DNA of 64,000 nt from NCBI RefSeq assembly GCF_006345805.1, contig NC_042999.1:89776001-89840000 (forward strand). Direction: 5' to 3'. Shown piece by piece: positions 16,279 to 29,700 of the stretch; within the stretch, counting starts at the first letter, position 1, and every line of letters begins with the position of its first letter. The position numbers and the translations under genes were made by a program. This DNA is from Octopus sinensis. Lineage: Eukaryota. The notes under the pieces are model-generated. The model did no database searches, had not been told where the DNA came from, and saw only the letters and a list, made by a program, of their open reading frames with translations.

Positions 16279-17734
16279 CACACATGTGCAACACATATAG
16301 ACATGTGAACAAAAACATTATATAAAGAGCCACAACCAGCATCAAAGAATTATCAAAGAGTGAGTGGGAAGGAAACAGAGATAAAATGACAGCAACTTAT
16401 AACTGTCCTAATAGTATGTGATTCAAAACAGTCAATGCTAAATGAAGGCTAAAATATTTAAATATTTATCAAGTAAAGTAGGGATCACTATAAAACAGTA
16501 AATAAAAAATATTTCACACCATGAACAAGAATTTAGCACAAACTATCATTAGCTAAGGTTGAGGATTAGAGTAAAGCTATTGATATTACATATAAAGAAA
16601 ATAATATTAAAACTTAATTTTAGAGTCCTTCTTATACATCTTACTAATTTAAAATGACAACTTATTTTACAATCTTCCCAATAATACGTGATTCATAAAC
16701 GATCAACACTAAACAAGTCATTAGAATCACAGAACTCCAGTAAAATGGGGCACACCATAAAACAGTAAACAAAAAAAATCTATTTCACACCAGACTACCA
16801 TCTTTAGCTAAGGCTGAGAGTAAGAGTAATACTATTTTGAAAATTTTAATATATGTGGTTCTTGTGCTGTTTTACTACTGGTTGTGATACCAAATCACTA
16901 ATTCATAGAAAGATTGTAAAATTTATTCAATACCTTTGCTATTGCCATTTCTATCTTAATAGAAGTTTATCTTAGTTTACTCAACAACATTTTGAGAAGA
17001 TGAATATGTAGAGATGCCACTAGTAAAAAAACAAAAAAAAAAATTAATAGTTTTAAAATGCACCTCTTCAAGGAATGGCTCATGCTTATTTCCCTATTGC
17101 AAATTATGAAGTAGTATAAATGAAATATTTTTTTTACCGTTTGTGGAAAACTTAAAACATTACAGGAAGTTTTCTAATATATCATTGTCTGTACATTTCA
17201 AACTTTCATGTTGTATATCATCATTTTGTTCTAGTGAAGAACAGTATAAATCTCTAATAGTAAAATAATGTTCAGACCTTCATAGTTTATAATCATTAAT
17301 TGTTTTGTATTTGTCATCAGCAGTTAGACTTTTCAAATATTCCTGCCAAATAAAATTAGGAAGAAAGTGTTGTATTAGCCATATCTGGGAAGAGAATTTT
17401 GTACAACAGAAAAAAAAAATGGGGTTGGTAGGAGCTTGCTATATACCTCTTACCATCTCCATCCTTATTTGTATCCATCACTTGTTCTCCCCCACTTACA
17501 TCCTTTACCCACCTTCCCTGATCCTTCTATCTTCTGTGTCACCTTCATGGACACAGAGGGAATACATTTGCACCTTGTCACTACCATCACTATTTCTTTA
17601 TTATCACCACACCATCCTCCATCTATTCCACCCATCCATACATAGTTCTGAATCGCTTCCACAATAATAAACTTGTTCCTCCCATTTATACTTTAACCTA
17701 TCCACACCTCACATAGAGCCACCACCTTCTCTCT

Positions 17735-17769
<35 letters not shown>

Positions 17770-20700
17770 GGATTCTTTAGTCTCAAGTGATTGCATTTGG
17801 AAGCATAGAAGCTTTCTGAAACCAAGACTTTGAAGCTAAATGTCATCCAACCCTTTGGATCCTGATGAACTTGTTCAACTCATGGAAAGCAGATTTGAAA
17901 TGATGAGAATGAGGATCATGAGCTTAAAATGGTATCACTTCTGTGATAATTCTTTGGACAGAATGCAATTAATCTAGCTCAATTTAATGCTTAAGTGATG
18001 ACATTTTTTGTTTTTTTAATGTTTATGTATTTTATTCTTTTCTTGAAGGTTCGAGACCATCCTATATATCATTTAATTAGTGCAAGAATACAGAAAAAGC
18101 AAGGAGAGTTATCTGATGCTTCAGAGACTTTAAAATTTGCTATGAATCTTCCAGGAATGAAGGCATCTGGTTAGAACAGTTTGTTTTTCTTTTTCATACT
18201 TTTTCACTTGTGATTTGTTTTGAAGTAAATCTATAGTTCTTCCACACTCAATGCCAACATCTCACTTGCCTTTAATGTTGTTGAAAAAGACAGAAATAGT
18301 ACAAAATATCATTTCTCTGCTTTTAAAAGTATTTGTCCATGTTCTTATGTAAAGAATCAATCTTCCTTTCAAGGACAAGAATTGATCTCTGTGGCAGGGA
18401 TGGGAAAAGCTGGATACTAAAGGAAATTAGGGTATGATAGAAAGAAAAAAGGGAAATGCAGAGAAGCTAAGAAAGCAACTGGAAATGCTTAGTACGAATA
18501 TCAACTTGTGAAAGGTGTGTACTCATCTGCTACACAATTCTCAGAAATAGTACCAAAATCTACCTTAAATCACACTCTGCTATTGTATATAAGGAAAAGT
18601 TACATTCAGTAGTGCAGTTTTACATACCTCTAAAAAGACAGTGTGGTGAGAACTGAAATATATTTTGTCATTAACCTGCTGAACATGGTTGATCTGTGGC
18701 AAAATACTCATAAAATAATTTGCAAAAATAGATTTCATATTAAAAAGATACTACTTTGTACCCCAAAATACATACATGTACAGTTATGGAAATAGAATAA
18801 AAACAAGATTTTTTTATGTCCTTTTACATACTGTACTCTCTACAATTACACATTTCTCTTTAATTTATATTCATAGGCTACACCACTGTTGACATCATCA
18901 CCATCATCATCGTCGTTTAACGTCCACCTTTGATGCAGGCTTGGGTTGGACGGTTTGACTGAGAACTGGCAAGCCAGGAGGCTGCACCAGACTCCAATCT
19001 GATGTGGCAATGTTTCTACAGTTGGATTCTCTTCCTAATGCCAACCATTCCAAGAGTGTAGTGGAAGCTTTTTATGTGCCACCAGCACGGGAGCCACTCA
19101 GGCAGCACTAGCATTGACCATGCTCAAATGGTGCTTTTTATGTGCCACTGACATAGGTGCCAGTCAGGTGGCACTGACATCAACCACACTCGAATGGTGC
19201 TTTTTATGTACCACTGGCATGGGTGCCAATCAGGTAGCACTGGCATTGGCCATGCTTGAATAGTGCCTTTTACATGTCACCGGCACAGAAGCCAGTCAGG
19301 TGGCACTGGCATCAGTCACACTTGACTGGTGCTTTTTACATGCCATTAGCACAGGTGCCAGTCAGGCGGTACTGGCATAGGCCACACTTGAATGGTGCTT
19401 TTTATGTGCCACCAGCATAGGTGCCAGTCAGGCAGCACTGGTATTGGCCATGACGACGATTGAAAGGTACTCTTAAATGGGCCAGTTATGTGACACTGGC
19501 ATCGGCCATGACTATGATTTCACTTGGCTTGCCTGGTCTTCTCAAGCACAGCATATCTCTAAAGGTCTCAGACGCTTGTCATTGCTTCTGTAAGGCCCAC
19601 CATTCGAAGGTTGTGCTTCATCATCTTGTCCCATGTCTTCCTGGATCTACCTCTTCCTCAGTTTCACTCCACTGTTAGTGTGTAACACTTCTTCACACAG
19701 CTGTCCTCATCCATACACAACACATGACCATACCAGCACAGTTGTCTCTCTTGCACCCCACATCTGATGCTTCTACTGTCCAACTTTTCTCTCAGGGTGC
19801 TTACTCTTTGTCATGTATGCACAATGACATTTCACATCCAGCAGAGCATACTAGCTTCATTTTTTCAAGCCTGCGCATGTCCTCAGCAGTCACAGCCCAT
19901 GTTTCACTACTATGTAGCATGGCTATTCACACACAAGCATCATACAGTCTGCCTTCCACTCTGAACGGGAGGCTCTTTGTTACCAGGAGAGGTAGGAGTT
20001 CTCTGAACTTTGCCCAGGCTATTCTTCTTCTAGCAGCTATACTCTCAGAGCATCCCTTCCACCCCCACCCCCGCTACTGACTTAGTCACCTAGTAACAAG
20101 CTATCAATTCCTTCCAGTTTTTTTCCCCTGGCATGTGATGGAATCTGTTTTCTGTAAATCTTCGGAGTTTATTGCACCTGTGCATTTGCCATGCATAAAA
20201 TCTATTTTCCCCGTTAACCTTCCTTTGATATTTCTGCACTTGTTATGTGTCCATAGCTTACACCAGGTACATCTTATGGAGTTTCTACCTACACCTTTTC
20301 TACAGATTGAGCAGGGCCATCTACCTGAAGGGATTTGTGATTTGTCTGCCTTCCTACTTACTAAGACTTTTGTTTTTGCTAGGTTAACTTTAGGTTAACC
20401 CTTCAATTCTAGACCTTGCTTCCACAACTAATCTTCTTCTCTAGTTCTGGTAGTGACTCAGCTATTACAGCAAGGTCATCAGCATAGAGAAGCTTCCAAG
20501 GACAGCCTGTCTTGAATTCCTCTGTTATTGCCTGAAGGACTATGATGACTAAGAGTGGGCTTAGAACTGATCCTTGGTGAACCCCCACTTCTACCCAGAA
20601 TTCTTCACAATAATCATTGCCAACCACCACCTTACTGACAGCAATCCTGTACAGGGCTTGTACAGCTTTCACCAATTACTCATCTATCCCTAGTTTCCAA

Positions 20701-23700
20701 ATAAGAGATCGGGGAACCCTGTCAGAGGCTTTCTTCATGTCAATAAAAGCCAAGTATAGAGGTTTATCTTTGGCTAGATATTATCCCGTTGCTGTCTTAC
20801 CAGAAATACGGCATCAGTGGTGCTTCTCCCTGGCACAAACCTAAACTGCATCTCATCTAAACTAACTCTCTCGCTAATTAATTGGGCTATGACCCTTTCT
20901 GTGACTTTCATCACCTGATCCAACAATTTGATACCTCTGGAATTATTTCTATCTAATGCATCACCTTTACCTTTGTAGCAGTTGACTATGTTGCTACTGC
21001 TACACTAGTCATTTTCTTCACTGATTCTATTGTTTCTTCTGCTGATGTGAATTTTTATTTATATTTTTTTGTTACTGAATTATTCTGAAGACAAAATGAA
21101 CAATAAAGAGAAGAACCAAATTTCTGTAAATGATAAAGTATCTGTCTTTCTGGAACTTGCTGACACACACAAGCTTCTTGGTGAACAGGTAAGGATGTCT
21201 AAAGTTTGTTTCTCAAAATATCTCTCCGTAAAGTTCACTTATATGGCACAGAAACAAAAACAAGTTTCTGCAGGTGACTGTAACCAACTTCTGGTTGACA
21301 CTTTGATATAATGATCTCTGTGATGCTACATATATACATGCAGTTCCACAAACAGAGTTCATTACTTGAATTTACATTATGTAGATTATATTCTTTCATT
21401 TTAATGGACATGTGTTGTCTTCTCAGATGATGAACCAAGGCAATATTGGATGTTTGTTGGTTTGTAGAATACAAAGGTGGAAAGATAGATATTGTTGATT
21501 GCAAAAGAGATTTTTAAAGAATCTGACCAAGAAGACCAGAATAGCAGAAAGAAATTACTGATGAGAGATAAAGAAAGTGAGATTTCCTCTTATCAAGGAG
21601 TTATCAAATACACATTGATGTAGCTGCAATATAGCTCTGTGATTGACCCAGGGAACTGGGTCAACATTGAGTATCAATGGCACCTACAAAATATATTAGT
21701 ATAAATAAGGTTTGACATGGTTTCCGTAGCTACACTGCTTATGTATTGATCAAACACTCCAAAGGAAGAAAAACAGTTTCGAGATGAGACAAAATCTGAA
21801 GGGTGAGTATGATGAAAGAAGTATTATAAGGCTGATGGGACACTATGTGGAAATAATAATATATGAAGATTTAGTATCTATAGTGAAAAGAAGGGTCCAG
21901 TGAGGGTAAAAAAGGAGGTAAGTAGAATGTAAGAGATAGAATTATTGGTGTTCTGTTAGCTAGTTTGATAATTTCTCTTCAGCTATCTGGCTGTTAAAGT
22001 GTATCAAATTCAGAGGGTGGTATGCTCAGATGATCATGCTGTTTTCTGAACTTGAACACCTTCAAGTGTTGTTAATCCTTACTTGAGAATGAGTTAAACC
22101 AAGTTGTAAAAAATAAAACTACATTTTTATCCAGTTTGAATTTACCACTTAAGGTCTTTGTAAGTGTCTATTATTTCTTGTATTGTTGTGGAAGAATATC
22201 TTCAACTGAGTCCAACAAAGGAGATGTTTGATGTAGTTTGAACACATTGTTTTCATTCAACTTGTTGAGTTGGACATAATCTAGGCTTCTATTGATAATA
22301 CCCTGCTCAGTGTCAGGGACACAATTGTAGGACAAAGTTTATGGTGTGAATAGAGGAGAATGCTGGATGGTGAATTGATGAAAGTTATTTTGAAGATAGA
22401 TAGACAGGTAAATTTCTCAGTGAGTTGATAACATTAGGTATGACTCTTACTTTAACAGTTCTTACATAGAACCTATAGAGAAAACTACATCTGTAAAACT
22501 ACCATTTGGTTTTTTTTTTGGGGGGGGGGGGTTTGCTCTCATTTGCTTCTAAATAAATAATCATCATACTGATAGATTTTTCCATCAATAAATTCCATCT
22601 TTTATTTCTCTCTGCAGCATGAAGCAGCTAAAGTAATGCAAGATGCAATAAATGAATTTCAAGGCACACCTGAAGAAGTAAGAATCACAATTGCTAATGT
22701 TGACCTGGCATTAGCTCGTGGTGATATTGAAATGGCACTTGGTACTCTCAGAAATGTTGGTTCTGAGCAGCAGTACTTCATACAAGCCAGGGAGAAAATG
22801 GCAGATATCTATCTGAACTACAGAAAAAACAAGACACTTTATGCTAACTGTTATCGGTATAAAATCTTTCTTTTTCTTAGGAGGAACAGTTATGTTTCAA
22901 GAATCTTTGAAGGTTACACTATGTATATAAATATTAAGTTTCCTTTTGGTAATTTTATGAAAGTGTTTTAGTTTTTAACCATAACTGACTGTGATAAAAG
23001 TTTTAGGAAGTATTAGCAAATTGTTATAAGATATTACTATATATATTGGTATGACATAGTGTTTTTTATAGATATTTAGTATTTTATAGATATTTAGTAG
23101 TGTATGATTGTATGTGAATATGTCATCAAGTACATTTTTCCAATGACTTAATAATTACTTCACTGATTGACTGAGTTTATAAAGTATAGAACAGTCTCTT
23201 TTTGTGTCATTTATTCTATTCTTTCAGTTGAATACATAATGATGTTTATGTTATCTACTGAACTAGTGAGTACATTAGAAATTATCATTATAGTTTCATA
23301 GGGACAGTCTTCTACTATAGTTCCAGGCCAACCAAAGTCTTGTGGGTGGATTTGGCAGGCAGAAACTTAATAAGACCATATGATGTTGTTAATGATGATA
23401 TATACATATATGTGTATGTATGTGTGTGAATGCATGTGTGTACATGCTTGATTGTGTAAGTGTTTGTTTGTCCTTGTCTTGACCTCACATTATTGTTGTA
23501 AATGAATGTCACTCATTTCCAATATTTTGTGATATAGAATATGTAGGAGCCTGTTCACAGTCCAGTTGGTTTCTGAGTTAGAGATTATTAATGTAGAAGT
23601 CTGAATTAACTTTTTTTTATGTAGAAGAGATAATTAATGCAGGTGATACATATCAAATATGAAACATTACCTATGTCAAAAAGTTTTTCAAAGGAAACTA

Positions 23701-26700
23701 AGTGCTTAAAGTTTATGTATGTTAAGCTCAGAAATGAAGACCTATTCTGTCAGTGTTCTTAGCAATATGGATTAGCTTTGCATTGGGATTTTTAGTTGTG
23801 AATTATCAATGAGCAAAGAGAAATAATGTAATTTTGTTTTCTGTTTACAACTGATGTTCTGTGTTTCAACTGTAGAAAGACTGATACAATTCCATTAAAA
23901 TTTATGTTCGAGGTTTTATTAGTGTACTTATGCCCTATCATAGCTTCTTTTGTTACTCAGTTTTGAAACATTTTTGGTTATGATTTATGTACCTGGAAGG
24001 TCTCGCGTTTTGTCTTTGTATTTGTAGCTGTTTATATGATTCTAATTTCTTCCTCTTATTAAATTTCAGAGAATTGGCTGAAAGAAAGCCTAGTGTTCAC
24101 ACTTCTTTATTACTTGGTGATGCTTATATGAGTATTCAAGAGGTGAGTCCATTATTTGAAAGCTTAGATATAGCCTAAATACTTAATCCTTTAAGCTTCA
24201 GTACTTATTTTCCCATGCAACCCCATATACCAGAATAGTAGAAAAAGCTTTCTATGTTTTTGCTCTAAGTAGATTTTTAAGACACTCACTAATAAATGCT
24301 TTTCATGGATAAACACTTCCTTTGCTTCAGTTTCATCAAACATTTTAAACAGCATTTGTTCTGCATTAATTATTGAAAATTTTATAGAAATATGGAAGAA
24401 ACTAAAGCATTCAGAATTATTTACCCACAAAAGCTGTTTATAAGTTAAAAAATTGTTGGTGCACATATGGGGCTGGAATGAGGGCTTAAAAAGTTTTAAA
24501 ATGTTTCATATATGTGATTAGATCTTATGTGATGACTGAAATATTACTGAAAGACTATTAACATATTTTGAGGAACAGTTTAATATTGAGGGATTTTTTT
24601 CCCAGCCTTCTTTATTTTATACTGACCATTGAAAAATGAATGACTCTTTATGATTCTTTATACAAATAATATACTTATTATTGAGTTAGTTCAAAGACTA
24701 TAGATTTTTAACATAAGAGATTAATATTAGTATGACATAACTGATTTTACAAGAAGTAAAGTTTGCTGTGTTCTTGGGTATGTAACAATCTAGCAATCTC
24801 ATTCTAATTGTGAGCTTTAATTTTAGTTTGGAGAGAAATAATATTAAGTACAGTGAAGTGGTTGACTTAATCAAAAAAGTGCATTGTTGCTCATTCTGGG
24901 ATTTATATTTCTATCTTGAGAAAACCCGGCAAGACCAGTGAGAACAGTCAAAATCAAAATCAAACCAAATCAATACATATATCAGAAAGCAGAACCAAAT
25001 TGAGGTCGATCAACATCAGGGCCCCCGTGCAGGTGACACGTAAAAGCACCACCCGTTCGTGGCCGTTTGCCAGCCCTGTCTGGCCCCCGTGTCGGTGGCA
25101 CGTAAAAGCACCATCCGTTCGTGTTCGTTGCCAGCCTCGCCTGGCCCCCGTGCTGGTGACACGTAAAAGCACCATCCGTTTGTGGCCGTTTGCCAGCTCT
25201 GTCCGGCCCCCGTGCCGGTGACACGTAAAAGCACCATCCGTTTGTGTCCGTTTGCCAACCCTGTCTGGCCCCCGTGTCGGTGGCATGTAAAAGCACCATC
25301 CATTCGTGTCCGTTGCCAGCCTCGCCTGGCCCCCGTGCCGGTGACACGTAAAAGCACCATCCGTTTCATGGCCGTTTGCCAGCTCTGTCTGGCCCCCGTG
25401 TTGGTGGCACGTAAAAGCACCATCCGTTCGTGTCCGTTGCCAGCCTCGCCTGGCCCCCGTGCCGGTGACATGTAAAAGCACCATCCGTTCGTGGCCGTTT
25501 GCCAGCTCTGTCTGGCACTTGTGCGGGTGGCACGTAAAAGCACCCCTACACTCACGGAGGGGTTGGCGTTAGGAAGGGCATCCAGCCATAGAAACACTGC
25601 CAGATCTGACTGGGCCTGATGAAGCCTTCCAGCTTCACAGACCCCAGTTGAACCGTCCAACCCATGCTAGCATGGAGAACGGATGCTAAATGATGATGAT
25701 GATGATGATGATCTCAATTAGTTGACATTATTTTGCAAATGTAGACTAGTGCTGGTGCTACATTAAAACAGCTAGTACACTCTGTTAAGTGGTTGGCATT
25801 AGGAAGGGCATCCTGTCATAGAAACCATGCCAAAGCAGACACAGAACCTGGCAGAATTTCTGACTCATCTGTTCTTGTTAAACCGTCCAACCCATGCCAT
25901 CATGGAAAAGAGTACGTTAAATAATGATGATGAGAGAAGCTGATGTTTTTGATATTGATGAAGATAATAATGATTTCAATATTCATATCTTTCTTGTCAG
26001 CCTGACAAAGCAATAGATATTTATGAAGAGGCACTGAAAATGAATCCAAAGGACACAACTCTTGCACATAAGATTGGCAAAGCTTTGGTGAAAACTCATC
26101 AGTATGGAAAGGTAAGTGCTGTTAACACATTTTTGATCTTGCATTATTTTTATAGGTCAGATTTGTCTAGTCCTTTACCCTTTAATCATCATTGTCATTG
26201 CATAAATCTGCTCAATCCCATTCACTTGGGGCTAAATAACAGCATTTACTGTTATGTTTCTCCAATTTTGTAGGCTGTGACTTACTATGAAGCGGCAATC
26301 CGATCTGGAAATCAGAGTCAGTTTTGGTATGAAGTCATCTTTTGTTTACTTCAATATTTTAGGTCCATATTTGAGATTATTTAATGTCTGTTTTCAATAC
26401 TGGCATAGGTTGGACAGTTTGACAGGAGCTGGTAAGGTTGGGGTGCTCACAAGGCTCCATTGTTTGTTCTTGTATGGCTTCTATGGTTAAGAGTGGCTTC
26501 CAGCCATAGAAACCATACCAGAACAAAGGAACCTGGTGTGGCCCCCAACCTTACCAGCTCTTGTCCAACCCAAGCCAGCATGGAAAACAAGCATTTGATG
26601 ATGATATATATATTTGAACCCACATACAAAGACATACATCCACACAAACACAATTTCTAATATACCCAGTTTTCACTTAGTATTATAAACACTGTTCATT

Positions 26701-29700
26701 GTTCTTTGTTTGGTTTTCTAGCATTGATCTTGCTGAGCTGCAGTTTCGTTTGAAACAATATGACAAATCAGAGAAGATACTTAAGCATGTGTTAGAAGAA
26801 GATATATTATGTGAGTTGATCTGAAATTTCATCCATTGCATCCACATTGAGGACAAATTTTAGCATATTTCTTTTCCTTTTTGATGTTCTATTTTGCTAA
26901 CGGAAAGCCAAAATACTAGAATCTACTGATGGTCTGCATTGTCAGCAATAATTTCAAGAAAGTTTATAGAATGTCATGTGTTGATGGCTTATTCCATTTT
27001 GTTAAAAAAAAAACTATTTTTGTTGCCTCTGGTGATATGAGGGTGGGCTGAAAAGTTCATAGGCTGACTATGACAGTGATGCTAGAGCTGTGAAATCTTG
27101 CATGCATTAATTTCAACTCTTTTTATGAATAACTGTATTATTTCTTTCCAAGTAAATTGATATCTGACTGTTCAAAGAAGACTTCAACTGTAACTAGTAG
27201 CGGCGTCTCTTGCAAATGGACAAAATTTGGCATCATGGTGTTATCCAGTACCAGCAGAAAAAGGGTCTAGCCCCCAAGGACATTCATGTGAATGGTTGCT
27301 ACATTAGAGGATCACACTCCAGTTTTATCAACAGTGCAAAAGTGGGCAACTGAATTTAAGGAGGAAGGGATAGTCTTGAAGATGACCCAAGGTCTGGACA
27401 TCCTGCAACTGCCACCACAAGGAAAATATTGATTGAGTTCACCACATGGTGATGGGTAACAAGCGATTGACTATAAATCAAATAGCATATTCTGTGAGAG
27501 TTGAGAATATTCTGCACAATAAACTTGGCATGATAAAGGTTTCTGCTCAATAGATGACATGTCTTCTAACACCTGATCAAAAAGGCACCAGGTTGATCAC
27601 ACCACAGGAAAATCTAACATTGTTTGAGACAGATCCTGCTGGTTTCCTTGAATGTTTCCTAATCCAAGATGAGTGTTAGATTCATTTCCTTCCAGCTACT
27701 TCCACCCACTATTGTGTGATGTGGATAGCCTTGTATCTCTTATCTTGTAAAATGTCTGTACCTGACCTCTCAACACCAGCATTAACTCACTTCTCCCCAT
27801 TCTACTAAAACCCCACTCAGTTGAAGAGGCTATGTCATTCAAGCTACTTCTCAACTTCACTTGTTTGAAAATAGCACCCAGTACACTCCTTAAAGTGGAT
27901 GGTGTTAGGAAGGGCATCCAATCACAGAAACCATGCCAAAGCAGACACCGGAGCCTGATGCCATGCTCTAGTTTGTTGGATCCTGTCAAACCATTCAACC
28001 CACACCAGTATGGAAGATGGATGTTAAATGATGATCTTTATAACAGACTATATCCTTGGATGTCCTTTATTATCAGAAATGTTGCTACATATGTTTTACT
28101 TAGTGAGTTGCTTTATCTACACTGGATTGCCACATATCGTAGCCCTTAGTTATTTTGCATATTCTATGCTAGTGCCATGTATAAGGCACCCATGCTGGCA
28201 CCACGCATAAAACACCCATGCCGGTGCCACGCATGTGTTAGTGCCATGTAATAGCACTGGTGTCGGTACCACGTAAAAAGCATCCAGTACATTTTGTAAA
28301 GTGGTTGGCATTAGGAAGGGCATCCAGCATTAGAAACCATGTTAAAACTTACAATTGGAGCCTGGTACAGCTCTCTAGCTGGCCAGCTCCTGTCAAACCT
28401 TCTAACCCATGCCAGAATGGGAAATAGATATGTTAAATGATGTTGTAGTAGTGACGATGATATCTCTTATAAATAACTAAAACACTTAAGCCAAACATAC
28501 CATGATGTCTGGTCTTACCTTAACTATCTATGTGTTTTTTATTGCCATATATTCTCTGAAATATTTCAAACAATGATCATGACTGTAGTTGTGAAAAGAT
28601 GAATACAAATGCCTTCAAAATTTCCAGCTTCTTATTTCAATACACCACATCATCATCATCATCATCATCGTTTAATGTCCGCTTTCCATGCTAGCATGGG
28701 TTGGACGATTTGACTGAGGGCTGGCGAACCAGATGGCTGCACCAGGCTTCAATCTTAATCTTGCAGAGTTTCTACTGCTGGATGCCCTTCCTAATGCCAA
28801 CCACTCCGAGAGTGTAGTGGGTGCTTTTATATGCCACCAGCATGGGGCCAGTCAGGCGCTACTGGCAACGACCTCGCTCAATTCTTTTACACATGCCACC
28901 GGCACAGGTGCCAGTAAAGCAATGCTGGCAACTATCACGCTTGGATGGTGCTCTTAATACCCTAATAGCACGGGGCTCAAGTGCCAGTAAGGTGACGCTG
29001 GTAACGATCACACGCGAATGGTGCCTTTTAAGTTCCACTGGTATGGAAGACGGTTAGCCGCTCTGTCAATGATCACACTCATATGGTGCTCTTTGCACCC
29101 CGCTAGCATGAACGCCAGAACTTTTATAATTAATAAATATGACAGTTATATATAATAAATGCTTGACTTTTTATTTCTTTTCATTTCCATTGTGATTAAT
29201 CTTCATTTTCTATTTATTGACTGCCATCAGATTCTGATTTGGATACCATGATTGTTCATGCTAATTGTATGGCTCTCTTGGCCAGACTATACCAACAAAT
29301 ACATTGCAATGAAGCGGCAATGTTATATTTCTCTAAAGCTAAAGATCTGCAAATAAAGTAAGTGGTTTCCTATAATAAAATATGCAACATAGTGTATAGT
29401 AAGTAAATAAGCATACCTTTGTGCATGTATGTGCAAATCTGTGTATAATTGTTTCTTTTATGCTGAACTTCCTCTCTATTTTTTGCTGAAGTTTTGCTGA
29501 GTCATAAAATCATATGAAGTGCAGATATGGTTGTGTATTATGAAGTTTGCCTCCGTTTCAGGTTCAATCCCACTGTGTGACACCTTGTGTCTTTTACTAC
29601 AGCCCTGGGCCAACATTAACCTTGTGAGTGGATTTAGTAGCTGGAAACTGGATGAAGCCTGTTGCATATACATGTATGTGTGTATATGTTTTAGTGTCTC

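Noticed and set aside
16390-16840. Diverged ~270-bp tandem duplication
   Set aside because: Old AT-rich duplication without coding or structural signal.
22510-22531. T10-G12 run near an acceptor (G-quadruplex?)
   Set aside because: A single homopolymer run whose length is unreliable in assemblies; no further support.
25021-25544. CRISPR-like regular array
   Set aside because: Whole units repeat with no unique spacers, the context is eukaryotic, there are no cas genes, and it is the LINE 3' UTR minisatellite.
24916-25660. Long overlapping ORFs (up to 214 aa) on both strands
   Set aside because: By-product of a GC-rich stop-poor tandem repeat; no domain similarity.
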